A stretch of 62,249 bases of DNA, filler included, from Sphacelaria rigidula (lineage: Eukaryota), in NCBI GenBank assembly GCA_964200075.2. It is 2 parts of 2 records of this genome, joined end to end, with 100 filler letters (N's around TTAATTAATTAA, not from the genome) between each part and the next. Parts side by side here need not be neighbours in the genome. Positions count along the whole stretch, not along the records: positions 31,225 to 62,249 come from CAXNAA020000052.1; 1 more part is not named here. One strand, 5' to 3'. Positions within the stretch are counted from its first letter, which is position 1. Every line of letters starts with the position of its first letter. Shown here piece after piece: positions 49,501 through 61,400 of the stretch. Position numbers and translations under genes: made by a program. The notes beneath the pieces are model-generated. The model ran no database searches and had not been told where the DNA came from. It was given only the letters and a program-made list of their open reading frames with translations.

Positions 49501-52500
49501 CATCAAACGGAACGCATCGCAACGTCAAAACGCCATGCAGAACACAGCGCGGAAAGCGTTTTCACTCCAAACACAAGCAGAACCGGGACGAACCGTAATG
49601 TCCAGCGAAATGCAAGCGAAGGGGCTGACATGTCTAATCAGCGAAAAAATGTACTCTAAATTCAAGTAAATAAGAAAAGCTGGCTTCTCAGAGCTTCAGA
49701 GAACGAAATTGCCCTGAAAGGTATGCACTCTAAAGTCAAGCGAAGAAATGCAGCAAAGTGACACCTGTGTGAAGGAACGAATCTCAGAAAAAATTGTAAC
49801 TGATATGATCTCCCTATATATGCTTGATTGGTCGATCAACACATACCAAGCCGTGTTGACCTGCTGTGATACAGTGTCGAGGGAAATCTAAAAAACAACT
49901 CTGATGAGGGCTTGTGCGCAAATCATGCTATTGTTTCGTGCCATACGTGTTTACGGATTCGCAGTCAACAAATTGGTCCAGCACTGTCTGCAACGGATGC
50001 GGTGTACTGTGCACTGAATGCCATTTTCATCCACGCCAAATCGAAACCCCGGCGTGCTATGGGGAGCTCGAACATTCAGAGAGTGCTGGTGGCAAGCGTA
50101 CCGTGCAGATGCTGTCGATAGAAAGGGGATACTGGCGAGCCACGAAAAACAGCACAGTCGTGAGACAGTGCTACAATACCGACGCGTGCCTTGGAGGAAT
50201 TACCGGAAGTGCGAATTTCTGCCAAGATGGATACGAAGGGCCATGTGAGAGTCGATTGGTTTTGTTGGGTTTTACTATATCTTGCTATTTGTTTTCGAAC
50301 GGTAAGCACTCGAATTGTCGGTATCCCGCGCCTCGCATGAGACGCGGCTAGGTGGGCTTGGATAGACTCCTTTCGAGATTCGTGGGTGTGCCGTCTTGTT
50401 CGGTGATCAAAAATTCCTAGCACCTTCACCTCTCAAGGGAGCGCAGCTAGCACGTGGAGGAACGGAATAGTACAGACGGGCTGCGCGTATTGCCGATAAC
50501 TATTCTGTGCAAGGGTCCCTACTGAGGGGAGCAACGTAGAATTGCTCTCCTCCTTTGTCTGTGCAGTCCTACTCAGCGTCCGTTGACGTTTCCCCGTGCG
50601 CCTGATACGCAGATTGCTCTATTTGCCAGGAAAATTTCGCTACCGGCCCGGGTTATACTTGCCACAGCTGCTCCGAACGTACCGGTGGCGTGATACTAGT
50701 GATAGTCCTAGGCGTATTGGCTTTTGGCGCGCTTGTTGGCTTCGTCCTGTACATGGTGTCTGCGGGGTCGGGGGGTGGCGGCCGACGAATTATGGCGCGC
50801 GCGGCACAGGTGATCCCTCTGCAGTCTATCAAGATCATCATCGTCGCGTGGCAAATCTTGACGCAGGTGAGGTTGGGATGATAATCCTGCTAAAAGAGCG
50901 CGTGTTGCAGGTATTGATTGATTCGTTGTTCGATTGGTCATTTTACATTAGACTGATGGGCTGCACATCCAGCCGCGATGACAAGATAGCTCTACCCAAG
51001 CACACATTCGTCAGATAAAGCTCGAGGGAAATCGCGAGGAGGAACAATCGCAAAAAGCATACAGGCCGGTGGGTAGAAGAAGTATCGAGGTCTGTAATCG
51101 TCAGCCGTTTCTCACGCCGTTTTGAAAAGTAGGGAGATGAAATCTTACACACGCGCTCGTGGAGTCAAGTCCGAGGTCACCTGTGCTCGGGCCAATTCAA
51201 TTTCGCTCGGTTTCAGCGATACTTTGGGGTCCCCGGTTGTTCCCCGGGGTAGGAGACCCTAAGCAACCGGTGGCACTGAGTGTAACCACTGTAGCCGGCA
51301 CGCGGGCGACCTCTGGCCTGCCTTCCGGAACACGTGAAATAAATTACGTCTCCAAACTTGCAAAAACCGCAAGAGAAACGAGACAGACGGGAAGCTGTTC
51401 CGAGAATACTATCCAGGCTTGCCAATAGAAAACCTATGGATCACACGTGGTCTATTTTCCTCTTCTTATACAAGATCCAGGAGATGAAACCTCATATACG
51501 TGTCGGTGGAGGCGAGGTCGAAACTGTCGATATGTGAGTATGTATAAGCTCGCTCGGTGTCACCGGTGTATTGCCTCCCGCGTTCACCAGATGTACGTGG
51601 GTACCCCAAGGAATCGGTGTGAGATGATTGAGGGGAGAAATACCTAGGCACTGGTGACCTTAGGCTTTTCTCAGGAACCGATTTGCAAAAGCGGTTTCCT
51701 TATTTCAGAAAATTGTCTAAGAAATCCAGAAAACTTGAACCCATTTCGAGAAGATGGGGGTGCAACGGCCGGCTCGCCACGCTACGGTTGTCTGGTGGTA
51801 CATAAGGCACATTTAGGTAGCAAAAACGCGGGTCCGATGCCCACCGGATGCATCTAGTTTGGCTCATTCCTCAGAAGTATCTTATTTCGGTCGTTGAAGA
51901 CGCGAGGACGTGAGTAGCAAGAAGAATCCCTTTGGCTGAGCTTGTTTGACGAAAGTCGATGCTGTACGCGGGTGCTGATCCAATCCGCGATACCAACATG
52001 CAAAGGGCCTACTGAGAGAGAGCTGGGTTCATCCCTGGAGACCGCGGACCCGTCCCGAGGAAGGAAGAGAGTTAGACGTGAGACGAAACAAAATATACTA
52101 CCGGGACCCAAAATCGATGGAACCGATATATATATATCTATATCTATATATCTATATTATATATAGATAAATAGACATAATATATACCCTCGGCTCTGTT
52201 GATCTGACGCGTCATCAAGAAAAAGTTGTGCGACAAATGGTCTCTCGATTCCTAGAAACGGGCTGAGAAATGCATCAGACGTGAAGTTGTTCGGAAAATA
52301 TGAGGCATTATATCAACGGGAGCCCCAGGAAATCACAGACATCAAGCGACAGAAGAAGCACCCAGACACCGGCGACGCCGAGCTTCATTCAAGAACGTCG
52401 TGTGGAAAGCTGTTTCGTGACTATTACGAACGTCCTGGGAAATGGAGCGAATGGAAAAATTATACGAGATTGTTGGGGATACCATGAGGCTGCTGCGAGG

Positions 52501-55500
52501 AAATCGCACTCCTTTAGCTACAGGCAATATAGTATCACGCTTGGCTCGAATCCTTTGCCTCGTCTCAGGGTGTATCATCATCAACTTTTGCGTCTGCTGC
52601 GGATCGCACTCCACCCTTACCGTGGCTCCGTCCTTGATGCACACCACTATTCCGGGGCACGTAAAATGCAGGAAACGTGCGGCGCACCCACGAGATCTCG
52701 ACCCACCACAGCGGTGTAACTAGTGGTCGGAAATTCACTGATACTGAATGCGGTAAACTTTGAAACCCCCTATTCCGCACGTCCTTGGCGCCCGATTACG
52801 ACCCGGTGCTGGTAAGGAAGCCACATTGATTTGGTCTTACCTTCTGGGAAATATTGGCACACTCTGTCCGGATGGCAGCCTTGCAACATCGTGCAACGTT
52901 CGTCCGGGATATGGACGTCCACCTTGGATATCGTATCCATTCGGGATATCAGATCCATCTGGGATATCCGTGTAAGATGTCCCTCCTTCTAAGATACGCC
53001 CGCCCATTCGGGATATCCATATCCCAGATCAACGTCAATATAGGATATCCATATTCTTCTGGGATCCCTGGTGGGTGTCCATATCCCAGGTGAATGTATA
53101 GCCCAGATGGATATGATACCACAAGTGAGGTCCGGGATGGACGTCATTTTCCCGATGAATACGCATATTGGATATCTACATTCCAGATGGAGGTGCACGA
53201 TTGAGCAAATCTGTGGTCTGGATCTGCTTTGCGTTCATGGAGCATAGCGTCGGCCGACAATTTGAGGTTTCTTCTGTGGACAACTGTATACGCGATGCTA
53301 AGAACCAGCAATTCCCCTAAGAACTCCCGACAGGCCGTCCCATGGCTTCACGTAGAAGGCCGTACAAGAGGCGAGGCCCTGGTAGAAGGTTGCACTGCTA
53401 GGTAGAAACTCCCAACAATCAACTATGCGGTGAAGATACACTAGTACTGACATAGCAGAAGGGAGAAGGTACGAGGGGAGAAAGGGATAGCTGAAGGAGA
53501 CGGGCATGGCAGAAAATAGGCAGCAGAGGTAAGGTTACAAATCAAAGAGAGGAAGCATAATCGGCAGGAAATGAAAGGAGCAACGAAGGTCGTGTAGTCC
53601 CCCCTGCTTCTCATCCCTTGTCGGGGCAAACATGGGCCATTATCATCTTTATCGTGATTCCTTGCGGGTCGTTTCATGCAAGTGGACAGTTGGCATTCTC
53701 ATGGACTGCTACGCCACGAGACACTTTGTACACCGTGTCTGCCACGAATGAACGCTAGAGGACCTTGATTACGTCGTGTCGAGGGTGTTTTCACTGTGCA
53801 ACAGAGCAAAATATCCATCGCTTCAGATGAAGCGATCATCATTCATGTTTGTGCGACCTATGTATGTCTTTCTTCTGAGTCTTTTTTTTTTTCACAGGTC
53901 AGTGAACTATAACTGCGTATGTACTGAGCTGAGTTGTATAGTACGGTGTACCATACAGTGTTGTAACGTCGAGTGGATAATGCCGTATACCGTACATAGT
54001 GGATAATTGTTCTGTGCCCAATATATATACCCATTCCTGGAGATGATAGTATGTTGATATCGAGGCGAGTCAGGCTGGGCGCGCGCAGCTACTTGCTCCC
54101 CTACCGCGATAGACTATCCGAAAGACAAAATTACCAGGGCTATACACGCTACACGTTCACGTTCACGTTACGTTCATCACGTGAAAAATAAGTAACGTTC
54201 ACGTCACGTGACGTGTGTCACGTAGAAAAAAGAACGTTACGTTAACGTTACATTTTAAAATTTACCGTTACGTTCACGTTACGTTCATCACGTGAAGAAA
54301 AGTCAACGCTCGCGTTACGTGAGGTGTGTCACGTAAGTGTTTTTTAACGTTACGTTACCGTTACATTTGAAATTTTAACGTTACGTTCACGTTACGTTCA
54401 TCACGTAGAAAACATTAAACGTTACGTCAACGTTACATTTGAAAATCAACGTTACGTTTACGTTACGTTCATCACGTAAAACAAAAATATCACGTTCACG
54501 TTACGTTTCGGCCACAACGTAACGTGAACGTGACGTGTAACGCTGTGGCACGTGTAACGTGTAAAGCCCTGGAAATTACTTCGGTGTCGGGAACAGAACG
54601 GTCAGTACGCCAGCGTGGTCCTACTTGAGCTGCCTTTTCAAGATTTGAGTCCATCGTCTGTTTATCTAGAGCCGGCCATAAAAAACGATCCCCCCCTTGC
54701 CCGGAATCCCGTCTGCATCCACAACCATGAGGATCGCTCGTAAGGCTGTGTTATTTGCTGAAATGTACCGTCATTATACGGGGCCGGCTGCTGTAGGAGA
54801 GTGCTCCTTCTTTTTTCAGATGACGCAGCACCCCTATTTATTTTGTGAATAGGCGAATGTTGAGCATTTTTCATGAAAAGTGCAGATGAACCCCTAAGGA
54901 CCTCTGAGTGGGACAAATGAAGACGTTTAAACAGAGCTTCCAAAAGAAGCTGATGCTTGATCGCCGCGGTGCTACCCAACAAAAAGGTGGTTTCGAATAT
55001 CTTTTGGCTGTTTTCAGTATTCTTTTCATGAATTGTTCTGTTGATGATCGAACAAGGTACAGTAGGCTGTTCGTCCAAACATTTTCTTGATGAAGAGAAC
55101 ATGAAAGAACGGCGCAGCGGCTGTGGTGTGGTGCATGCCTGTCACACATCAACACACGGCGCAGGCGTAAGGCACAATCACACATGAAGTTCTGATCCCG
55201 ATCTCTCGGGATAGAAGCAGTTTAGTTCGAGCGGTAGCTGTTGATAAACTGGATGCGAGGTTCTTGGGTCGGGCAGAATTGGCTCAAAATTAAGTGAGAT
55301 GCGACTATTTGTGTCGAACGTACTCCGTTTAACAAATGCACACACGGTTAACCACTGCACGTTTTTTGCCTTAAAAAACAGTCGTCCCTACTCCAATACT
55401 GAACGGATTGCCTTGAAAAAAAGCACCACTATGGAGCAATGCTACTGTAGGGGTGGACTTTTAGCGCAAAATCTCGTCTTCTTCGGGACTCCTAACGATT

Positions 55501-57601
55501 CTAGATGCACAAGAATATGGGTGAGGGCATCCCAGTTTGCAAATCCATTCGGAAAATCCCTAGCACATTGGAACAGTAATCCTGGCATACTCTCACATAT
55601 TTCGTAAGTCGTGTTTTGGATAAGATGAAGGGCTCCTAACAATTCTAACCTCGGAAAATATTTATGCACCCCTACCGTAGCATCACACTATGTGTACATG
55701 AGCAAGATCTAGAACAGACGTGATGTGTTTGCTAGTCGAGTGTCTATGTGTGTTTGTTCGGGCTCTGCTGCGTAGGTGTACGGTTTTCCAAACACCGTCG
55801 CTGTGGTGCCCGTTGAGATTTTGCAACCTGGTTGAGACTGCGTCTAGTGCACAACGTTTAATTTTGGTGCCTGCGTGAGAACCCGAACTATTGATGGTCG
55901 TTGTGGGCAGGAAAAAAGTTCGTTAGAAGTCCCTGTCCTGCAATTCATTCGTCTCACCAAGACACCGCTAGCTTACTCAGTTTCGAGCCAAGCCATGTAT
56001 ACGCTTTTCTTGTGTGTCATTTCCATTGGGTACATGCTCTGTACGTGGTGGTGCATACGGGCCACCGCCTACAGCGACGATATGAGGTAACGCCATACTT
56101 TCTGCCTCTACTTACGCGATTGCGTCCACATATGGCTTGCCTATAGTCTCGCAGTAATGGGTATTGGATCTTTCCAGGTAATACTCGTACACCTCAAGCA
56201 CGTTCTGCTGTTGTCATGCATGTCACATAGTCTTGAGTGTACAACTGTACTGCCACTGAGCCGTACATACTGGGAATGTTGTAGCTAATTTCCGAATACT
56301 TCTTCACTCCAGCTGCGAAAAGAAATAGGTACCGTTATGAAATCGCTTGTTTTCTCAACGCACACAGTTACACTTATTTGGCCTTTGACTTGATGGTGTT
56401 GGAAAAAGGTTTGATGAGAATTTCCTGTGCTCTTTGGTCGGACCACCTTGTATTGGCCAACTCTAACGGTTGTGAAATTGTGTTCTCGTGCGTGCTGCCA
56501 CAGTTCTCTGAAGTGGCGAACGTCACTTACCCGGATGTGTATCAAGAATTCCTGAACGGTCTGGATGTGCTCAATTTCGACTTGAGGTGGATTCTCTCGA
56601 CGGGATGTATCTTCGACGTGGACTTTCACGAACGCCTCCTCATATCCACGATAGCCCCTATCGTTGGTTTGGCCATCCTCGGAGGCACGTATCTCGTCGG
56701 AGGCCGGAATAGAGACCGCTGGTCGGACGCCACTCTCGGAAGATTTCGTCGGAAGCACCTGACCATGGTGATCATCTTGACGTTTTTGGTGTACTCATCA
56801 GTTTCTTCGATTTTGTTCCAAATGTTCTCCTGCGAAACATTGGACGACCGCAAAAACTACCTCCGCGCCGACTACCGAATCGAGTGCGATTCTCCCAGGC
56901 ACGAGTTACTCCAGATCTACGCAGGGTTCATGATCGTCATTTATACGGTAGGTATTCCAGTTTTTTACGGTACCCTTCTTTTCAGAAACCGTGACATCTT
57001 GACGAATGAAGCCGGCCGTGAAGCCGATACGCGAGGGCAGCCGATCACGAGTTTGTGGTCACCGTACCAGCCGCAGCGCTACTACTACGAGGTGATCGAA
57101 TGCGGCCGTCGGATCGTGCTTACTGGAGTTGTGGTGTTTATTTATCCTGACACATCGGCACAGATCTCGGTGACGTTGGCTTTGACCGTATTTTTTATTT
57201 TCGTCTCTGAAGCTTTGGCCCCTTACGCATCCAGATGGGATTCGTGGGTTAATCGCACAGGGCAAGCGGTTGTTTTTTTGAGCATGTACGTAGCTCTCTT
57301 ACTGAAGGTAGACGTGTCCACCGAGGACCGTGAGAGTCAGAGGTTGTTTGAGGTCATTTTGGTGTCGGTCAACGCATTCATGGTTGCATTTGTTTTTGTC
57401 GAAGCCTTCGTGATTGCTTGTGCGTTGAGATATGAAGAGCTAGAGGGTCCCAGAGAGACAAGCAGTCGAGGCGTGACATCCTTCTTCCGAGAGGAAGACG
57501 GTGCTTGGCCTGGGAATGTCGACGATATAGAAACTAGAGCAAACGCCGTGCCTCGCAAGTTCATGAAATTTGTTGTTCCAGGTACGGCTGTACTACACTG
57601 A
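41389..57601 (+). CDS. Pmp-like (GGA/FxxN repeat) beta-helix, Cys-rich, multi-pass membrane protein, 4 exons, ~1248 aa (whole gene span)
   Basis: Exons 41389-43503, 49965-50244, 50613-50866, 56504-57601, GT-AG and in phase (3747 nt). Hydrophobic N-terminus, about 12 regular SxSWxxxTxFxxNxAxxGGA[ILV] repeats, then GYW...C...CLGG...FCQDGYEGPYCSIC...CHSC, then at least 7 hydrophobic segments. Confidence 0.85.
47440..47555 (-). mobile_element. tRNA-derived SINE-like head
   Basis: Minus strand GCCCCGATAGTGTGATGG (A box) ... GGTTCGATTCC (B box); no complete cloverleaf. Confidence 0.5.
49965..50244 (+). CDS. Pmp-like protein exon 2 (Cys-rich)
   Basis: cag|STNWSSTVCNGC...SIERGYWRAT...CQDGYEGP|gtgag. 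Confidence 0.82.
50613..50866 (+). CDS. Pmp-like protein exon 3 (Cys-rich end + first TMs)
   Basis: YCSICQENFATGPGYTCHSC...KIIIVAWQILTQ|gtgag. Confidence 0.85.
52884..53205. mobile_element. ~320-bp GGATATCC-rich MITE
   Basis: ATCGTGCA...TGCACGAT inverted ends; interior of GGATATCC/CATCTGGGA motifs. Confidence 0.6.
54135..54571. mobile_element. ACGT-rich hAT-like MITE
   Basis: TIRs CAGGGCTATACACGCTACACG / CGTGTAACGTGTAAAGCCCTG; TSD AAAATTAC/GAAATTAC; interior of ACGTTCACGTTACGTTCATCACGT repeats. Confidence 0.85.
55439..55683. mobile_element. ~245-bp MITE, copy 2
   Basis: Colinear with 25452-25699 throughout; same TIRs with 2 mismatches. Confidence 0.85.
56504..57601 (+). CDS. Pmp-like protein exon 4 (multi-pass membrane domain)
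   Basis: cag|FSEVANVTYP...YLRADYRIEC...YYYEVIECGRRIVLTG...stop. Confidence 0.88.
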   Translation, partial: FSEVANVTYPDVYQEFLNGLDVLNFDLRWILSTGCIFDVDFHERLLISTIAPIVGLAILGGTYLVGGRNRDRWSDATLGRFRRKHLTMVIILTFLVYSSVSSILFQMFSCETLDDRKNYLRADYRIECDSPRHELLQIYAGFMIVIYTVGIPVFYGTLLFRNRDILTNEAGREADTRGQPITSLWSPYQPQRYYYEVIECGRRIVLTGVVVFIYPDTSAQISVTLALTVFFIFVSEALAPYASRWDSWVNRTGQAVVFLSMYVALLLKVDVSTEDRESQRLFEVILVSVNAFMVAFVFVEAFVIACALRYEELEGPRETSSRGVTSFFREEDGAWPGNVDDIETRANAVPRKFMKFVVPGTAVLH

Positions 57602-58290
57602 CACGCTGTAAATTTTCCGGCAGGGATCATGGTGCAACCGAATACCCTCCCCATGTATGTTTTCGCTCAATGTGTTGAGATACAACTGACGAAGTGATGC
57701 TCGGGTCGCATCAAGATGTTTTACGAGCGATAATTAAGGCATGAGTAACTTTACCGGTTGACGGGATATATGCTTCACGTGGTATTGAGTACCGTGTTGG
57801 GAATATGATACACCAGGTAAGCCACGCAATATGCACATAATTCGATCACGTTACCTTTCATGGTTAGCGCCCTGACATTCGTGTTTCCTACTTTTTTTTG
57901 GTTCTGTTTTGTTGTTTGGACGTATGCTACGCTAGTGGACCCCTGGTCTGCCTTTTCCAATGACTGGTAATGTACCAATTGCACTGCTCGGACAGTATAT
58001 TTTGAGAATGTCGGATTCGAATTTTGGTCATGGCATGAATCACAAGGGTTAGAGTGCTTCATGTGAAGTGGGTTGTATAAAATACAGATGAGTTCGTTGG
58101 TGAATGCGTGATTAATTGTACGGACAACTGTTCGTACAGTGCAGGTGTGCATGTGGGAAGGAATTATACAGGAAGCTGATGGGGGTGTCTTGTGTGAGTG
58201 AGTTGTAGGTTCATGTTCGAGACCGGAGCAGCGTGCGCTCGCCGGTACCTTGCCCCCCCGCCTCCCCCCCGTCACTCGTTTTTCTAATCA

Positions 58291-58675
58291 TTTTCGTAGA
58301 GTATTCGGCGAGAGTGAGGGTTCAGAGGTGCTGGTGTTTTTACTGCCACCTACATGACTGATGTTATACGCGTCGGTACTGGCGTAACACCACACTATGT
58401 ATTGCATGAGATAGTTGGGAGCTAGCCGCAGCCGTGAGTGAGGCAGAGCTTGCATGAACCTAGCCTCCATTTTCCCAACGACTTTTCGTAGAGTATTCTG
58501 CGAGAGTGAGGGTTCAGAGGTGCTGGTGTTTTTACGGCCACCTACATGATTGATATTCTACGCGTCGGCACTGGCGTAACACCATACTTTGTATTGCCTG
58601 AGATAGTTGGGTGCTAACTGCAGCCGTGAGTGAGACAGAGCTTGCGTGAACCCAGCCTCCATCTTCACAACGGCT
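58291..58675. repeat. Tandem duplication, ~192-bp unit
   Basis: TTTTCGTAGAGTATTCKGCGAGAGTGAGGGTTCAGAGG starts at 58291 and 58483. Confidence 0.9.
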
Positions 58676-59685
58676 TTATTGATCTAGTGATTTCCCCAGG
58701 GAGACGACGGGGTGGTTGTCTATGGTGTGATCAGCATAGTAGAGGAGTTTCCTAGTGCGTTTACGCGAATCAGCGGTAGTCATGTATTTGGGCAGATTTC
58801 ATTTTGCCCCGAAGCCATTGTTCTCCTTTAAGCTTGTTTTCAATCCTACGTATCAATGCTCATCATCATTGCCCAGAATCTCGGCGCTTGTGGTGCATTG
58901 CCGTTTTGTTTGCCCCCCAACTTGGTGCATCTTGCTTCACCAGGCGGTCTTCCTTGTGACATTTGTACTGGTAACCTCTGCTCCTTGTACCCCTGGTATT
59001 CACCAACCTAGCGGAAGGTCGGTTACCCCGTCTTCTCTCGGTTTTACACTAGTTGCGCCCCACACATGAGGGCGATATAAGGGAAACCGTCACGAGACTC
59101 CCTGGATCGTTCGTGCGTATCACGAGTTCCAATTCCAATTTCACGAAGTGAATTGGGTTTCTGCTGCGGGTAAAAAATCGACTAACCGTTTGATTTTGCA
59201 GTTGCTTTCGAATTTTGTCACATTATGCACTCCCGCTCCTCCCCCCCCCGGCGTGGGGGGGTAGAGGGGGGTAGGGAAAACCTCATGAATCGCCCATTCA
59301 AAAACAGTGCGACTCCTCACGTATCCGACCGTTGGCTCCCACCTGGACAGTGCACTGAGCGCAATCGCACCGGCCTCCACACGAACCAAGCCGACGTGCG
59401 GATCCCTTTCCCCCCAACCCCTACATTTTTGAAGTCTCGCAATGCAATCCGGCTGTAGGGGCATGTCCCTTCTGTGCGTGTGTAACGAACTATTCCACCT
59501 CAGTTCTTATCTCGCTTACATATGACGTGACCATACCACTGTTCCCTGATCCAGCTTGTCTACGATCGTGTAGCCGTATGTTACTGTCACTTTTCATCGC
59601 CACCTCTGATGATCTCATCTATGTTTCTCCCGCAAACACACCACGTACGTCGGCGACATGAGTCGCCCTCCCCCGAGTACTGTCA

Positions 59686-60756
59686 CTACTCACCCCTCCA
59701 CTCGGTGCCCTGCCCAGGCTGCCGATCCCCGCTTCTACGGTTGTCGGCAAGGGCTTCTGACACTAGGCCGCAACTGGCGTTGTATGCGTCCGATTTCCAT
59801 CTACCCTCTTTTTGCAACACCTTTGTAGACACTCCTGCTGCCGACAAGTGGGTGGCGCCGCCAATCCGCAAAGGATGCAACGCGAACTTTGCGGGCGGGA
59901 GTCCAGCCAACGCTACCACTTGCCGTAGCGCTGCCACCGCATCATACCTATTCCACACCACTAATTCCCCAGAGTCCCGCGCATCATACGTCATAAGCGG
60001 GGCCTCAGCGGGGAACGAATCTGAAAGAGGCGTCAGTTTAGTCATTAGCGCGACTGCTCCACCCCCCACTTGAAATGTCAAGGCAGGACCCTCGCGAACG
60101 CGCGTTACTATCATTCCGACTCGTAGCTGATCCCCTTTGGAAGCTCGGAATCGCACTTCCACCCGGTCTGCTGAACCTCACCCAGGTCGACCCAACTGCG
60201 TCCGTCCCCTAAAAAAGGCCACATTCCTTCTACGCAAACGGTAAAGTGGGTTATGAAAATGAACAGAATCCGCAAACATCTCGGAACACCTCGTCAGAAA
60301 GAAAAAGGAGGCACACAAGCCCAGCCACAACACGCGGCCACCTGGACCCCCTCCAAGCGACAGACGTTCCCCGTCCATAAGCACTGACAACGCCACCGGA
60401 CGTCTAGCTTGCTGCTGTGATCCTAAAACAGCGTGACTACGCTTCAATCCCATCAGTGCATTTTTAATTAACGAGTGCTGAATGTCCAAGTCGACATACC
60501 TCTCCGTTCGATGGAAATATGCCACTGCAGCTAAATGACTTGCCACGGTGTTCGACCGTAACCCTTTCATTGCACACGCATAAGCTATGTACTCACTCAA
60601 TGACGACACGTTGTGTATTGCCTCATCACGGTCATTCGAAAACACGACTCGGTTCATCTGCCGTTGGAACTTAACTCAGGAACCAAAATATCCTTCGTAA
60701 GTTCTCGCACACGACGGCACAATGGCATTTCGGACGAGCCCACGGCCAAAATGCAT
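59686..60756 (-). pseudogene. Tyrosine recombinase of DIRS/Ngaro element (two in-frame stops)
   Basis: FFFLTRCSE (box I), SKGDQ, HPLRIGGAT (HxLR, box II), GRWKSDAY. TGA at 60676-60678 and 60178-60180 in one continuous frame. Confidence 0.85.
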
Positions 60757-61400
60757 GAACACAGTTGCCTCCCCTCTGTCCCGATGTCCTGCATATGCCG
60801 TTGAACATCGGGACGGCGGGACGAGAGGTCAGCGGAGATACGGTTGATTGGCCATCGCGAAATACCATCAGCAACATGATTCAAAATCCCCGGCACGTGC
60901 TTCGCCCCAAACATTCATCCTGAAGCTATGTCCAACACGCCAAGCATACGCATCAGAGCACCCGATCGTGGCTCATTCCTCCCTCTGCACTTATTTACCC
61001 AAGTCACCGCGGCTGCAGTATCTCCACGTAACTGCACGTAATCAGCGCGATGTCGTGGTCGTCTCCCACCGAGAATAAATACCACCCACGCCGACATGAC
61101 CATGCCCAACAGTTCCGGGACATTGATGGAGATGTCCTCTTCCGGGTGCACCGTATCACCTCTAACCTGGGAACGCTTCTCATCGGACAAGTCATAGCGC
61201 AGCCACAAGCCCGACCGCAAACAATATCCGCCAATCGCAGCACCCGATGCGCCCGGAAATAAGGACAGCGTGGGTGGGCGCAACACCAATCGGTACACCG
61301 GGGACGACAGTACTGGTCCATCCTGCGACAAACCATCACTAACCAGCCAACGCCACACGTCTAAATCATCGTGAAACAGACACCTTCCCTCAGGTTTTGA
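60654..61400 (-). pseudogene. DIRS-type RNase H domain (C-terminus of RT/RH ORF), degenerate
   Basis: DDLDVWRW, FPGASGAAIGG (for DAS), INVPELLG, RGDTAAAVTWVNK, HVPGILNHVADGISR; in-frame TGA at 60915-60917. Confidence 0.8.

Larger units (their letters stand above)
59140..61400 (-). mobile_element. Decayed, 5'-truncated DIRS/Ngaro-type tyrosine recombinase retrotransposon
   Basis: RNase H frame overlapping a tyrosine recombinase frame, the diagnostic arrangement for this group. RT core not seen; outer boundaries approximate. Confidence 0.8.

Noticed and set aside
54135-54571. CRISPR-like periodic array
   Set aside because: No unique spacers and no cas genes; eukaryotic context; bounded by TIRs and TSD.
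60654-60657. ATGA stop-start coupling between RNase H and recombinase
   Set aside because: The recombinase frame extends upstream past a premature TGA, so this ATG is probably internal.
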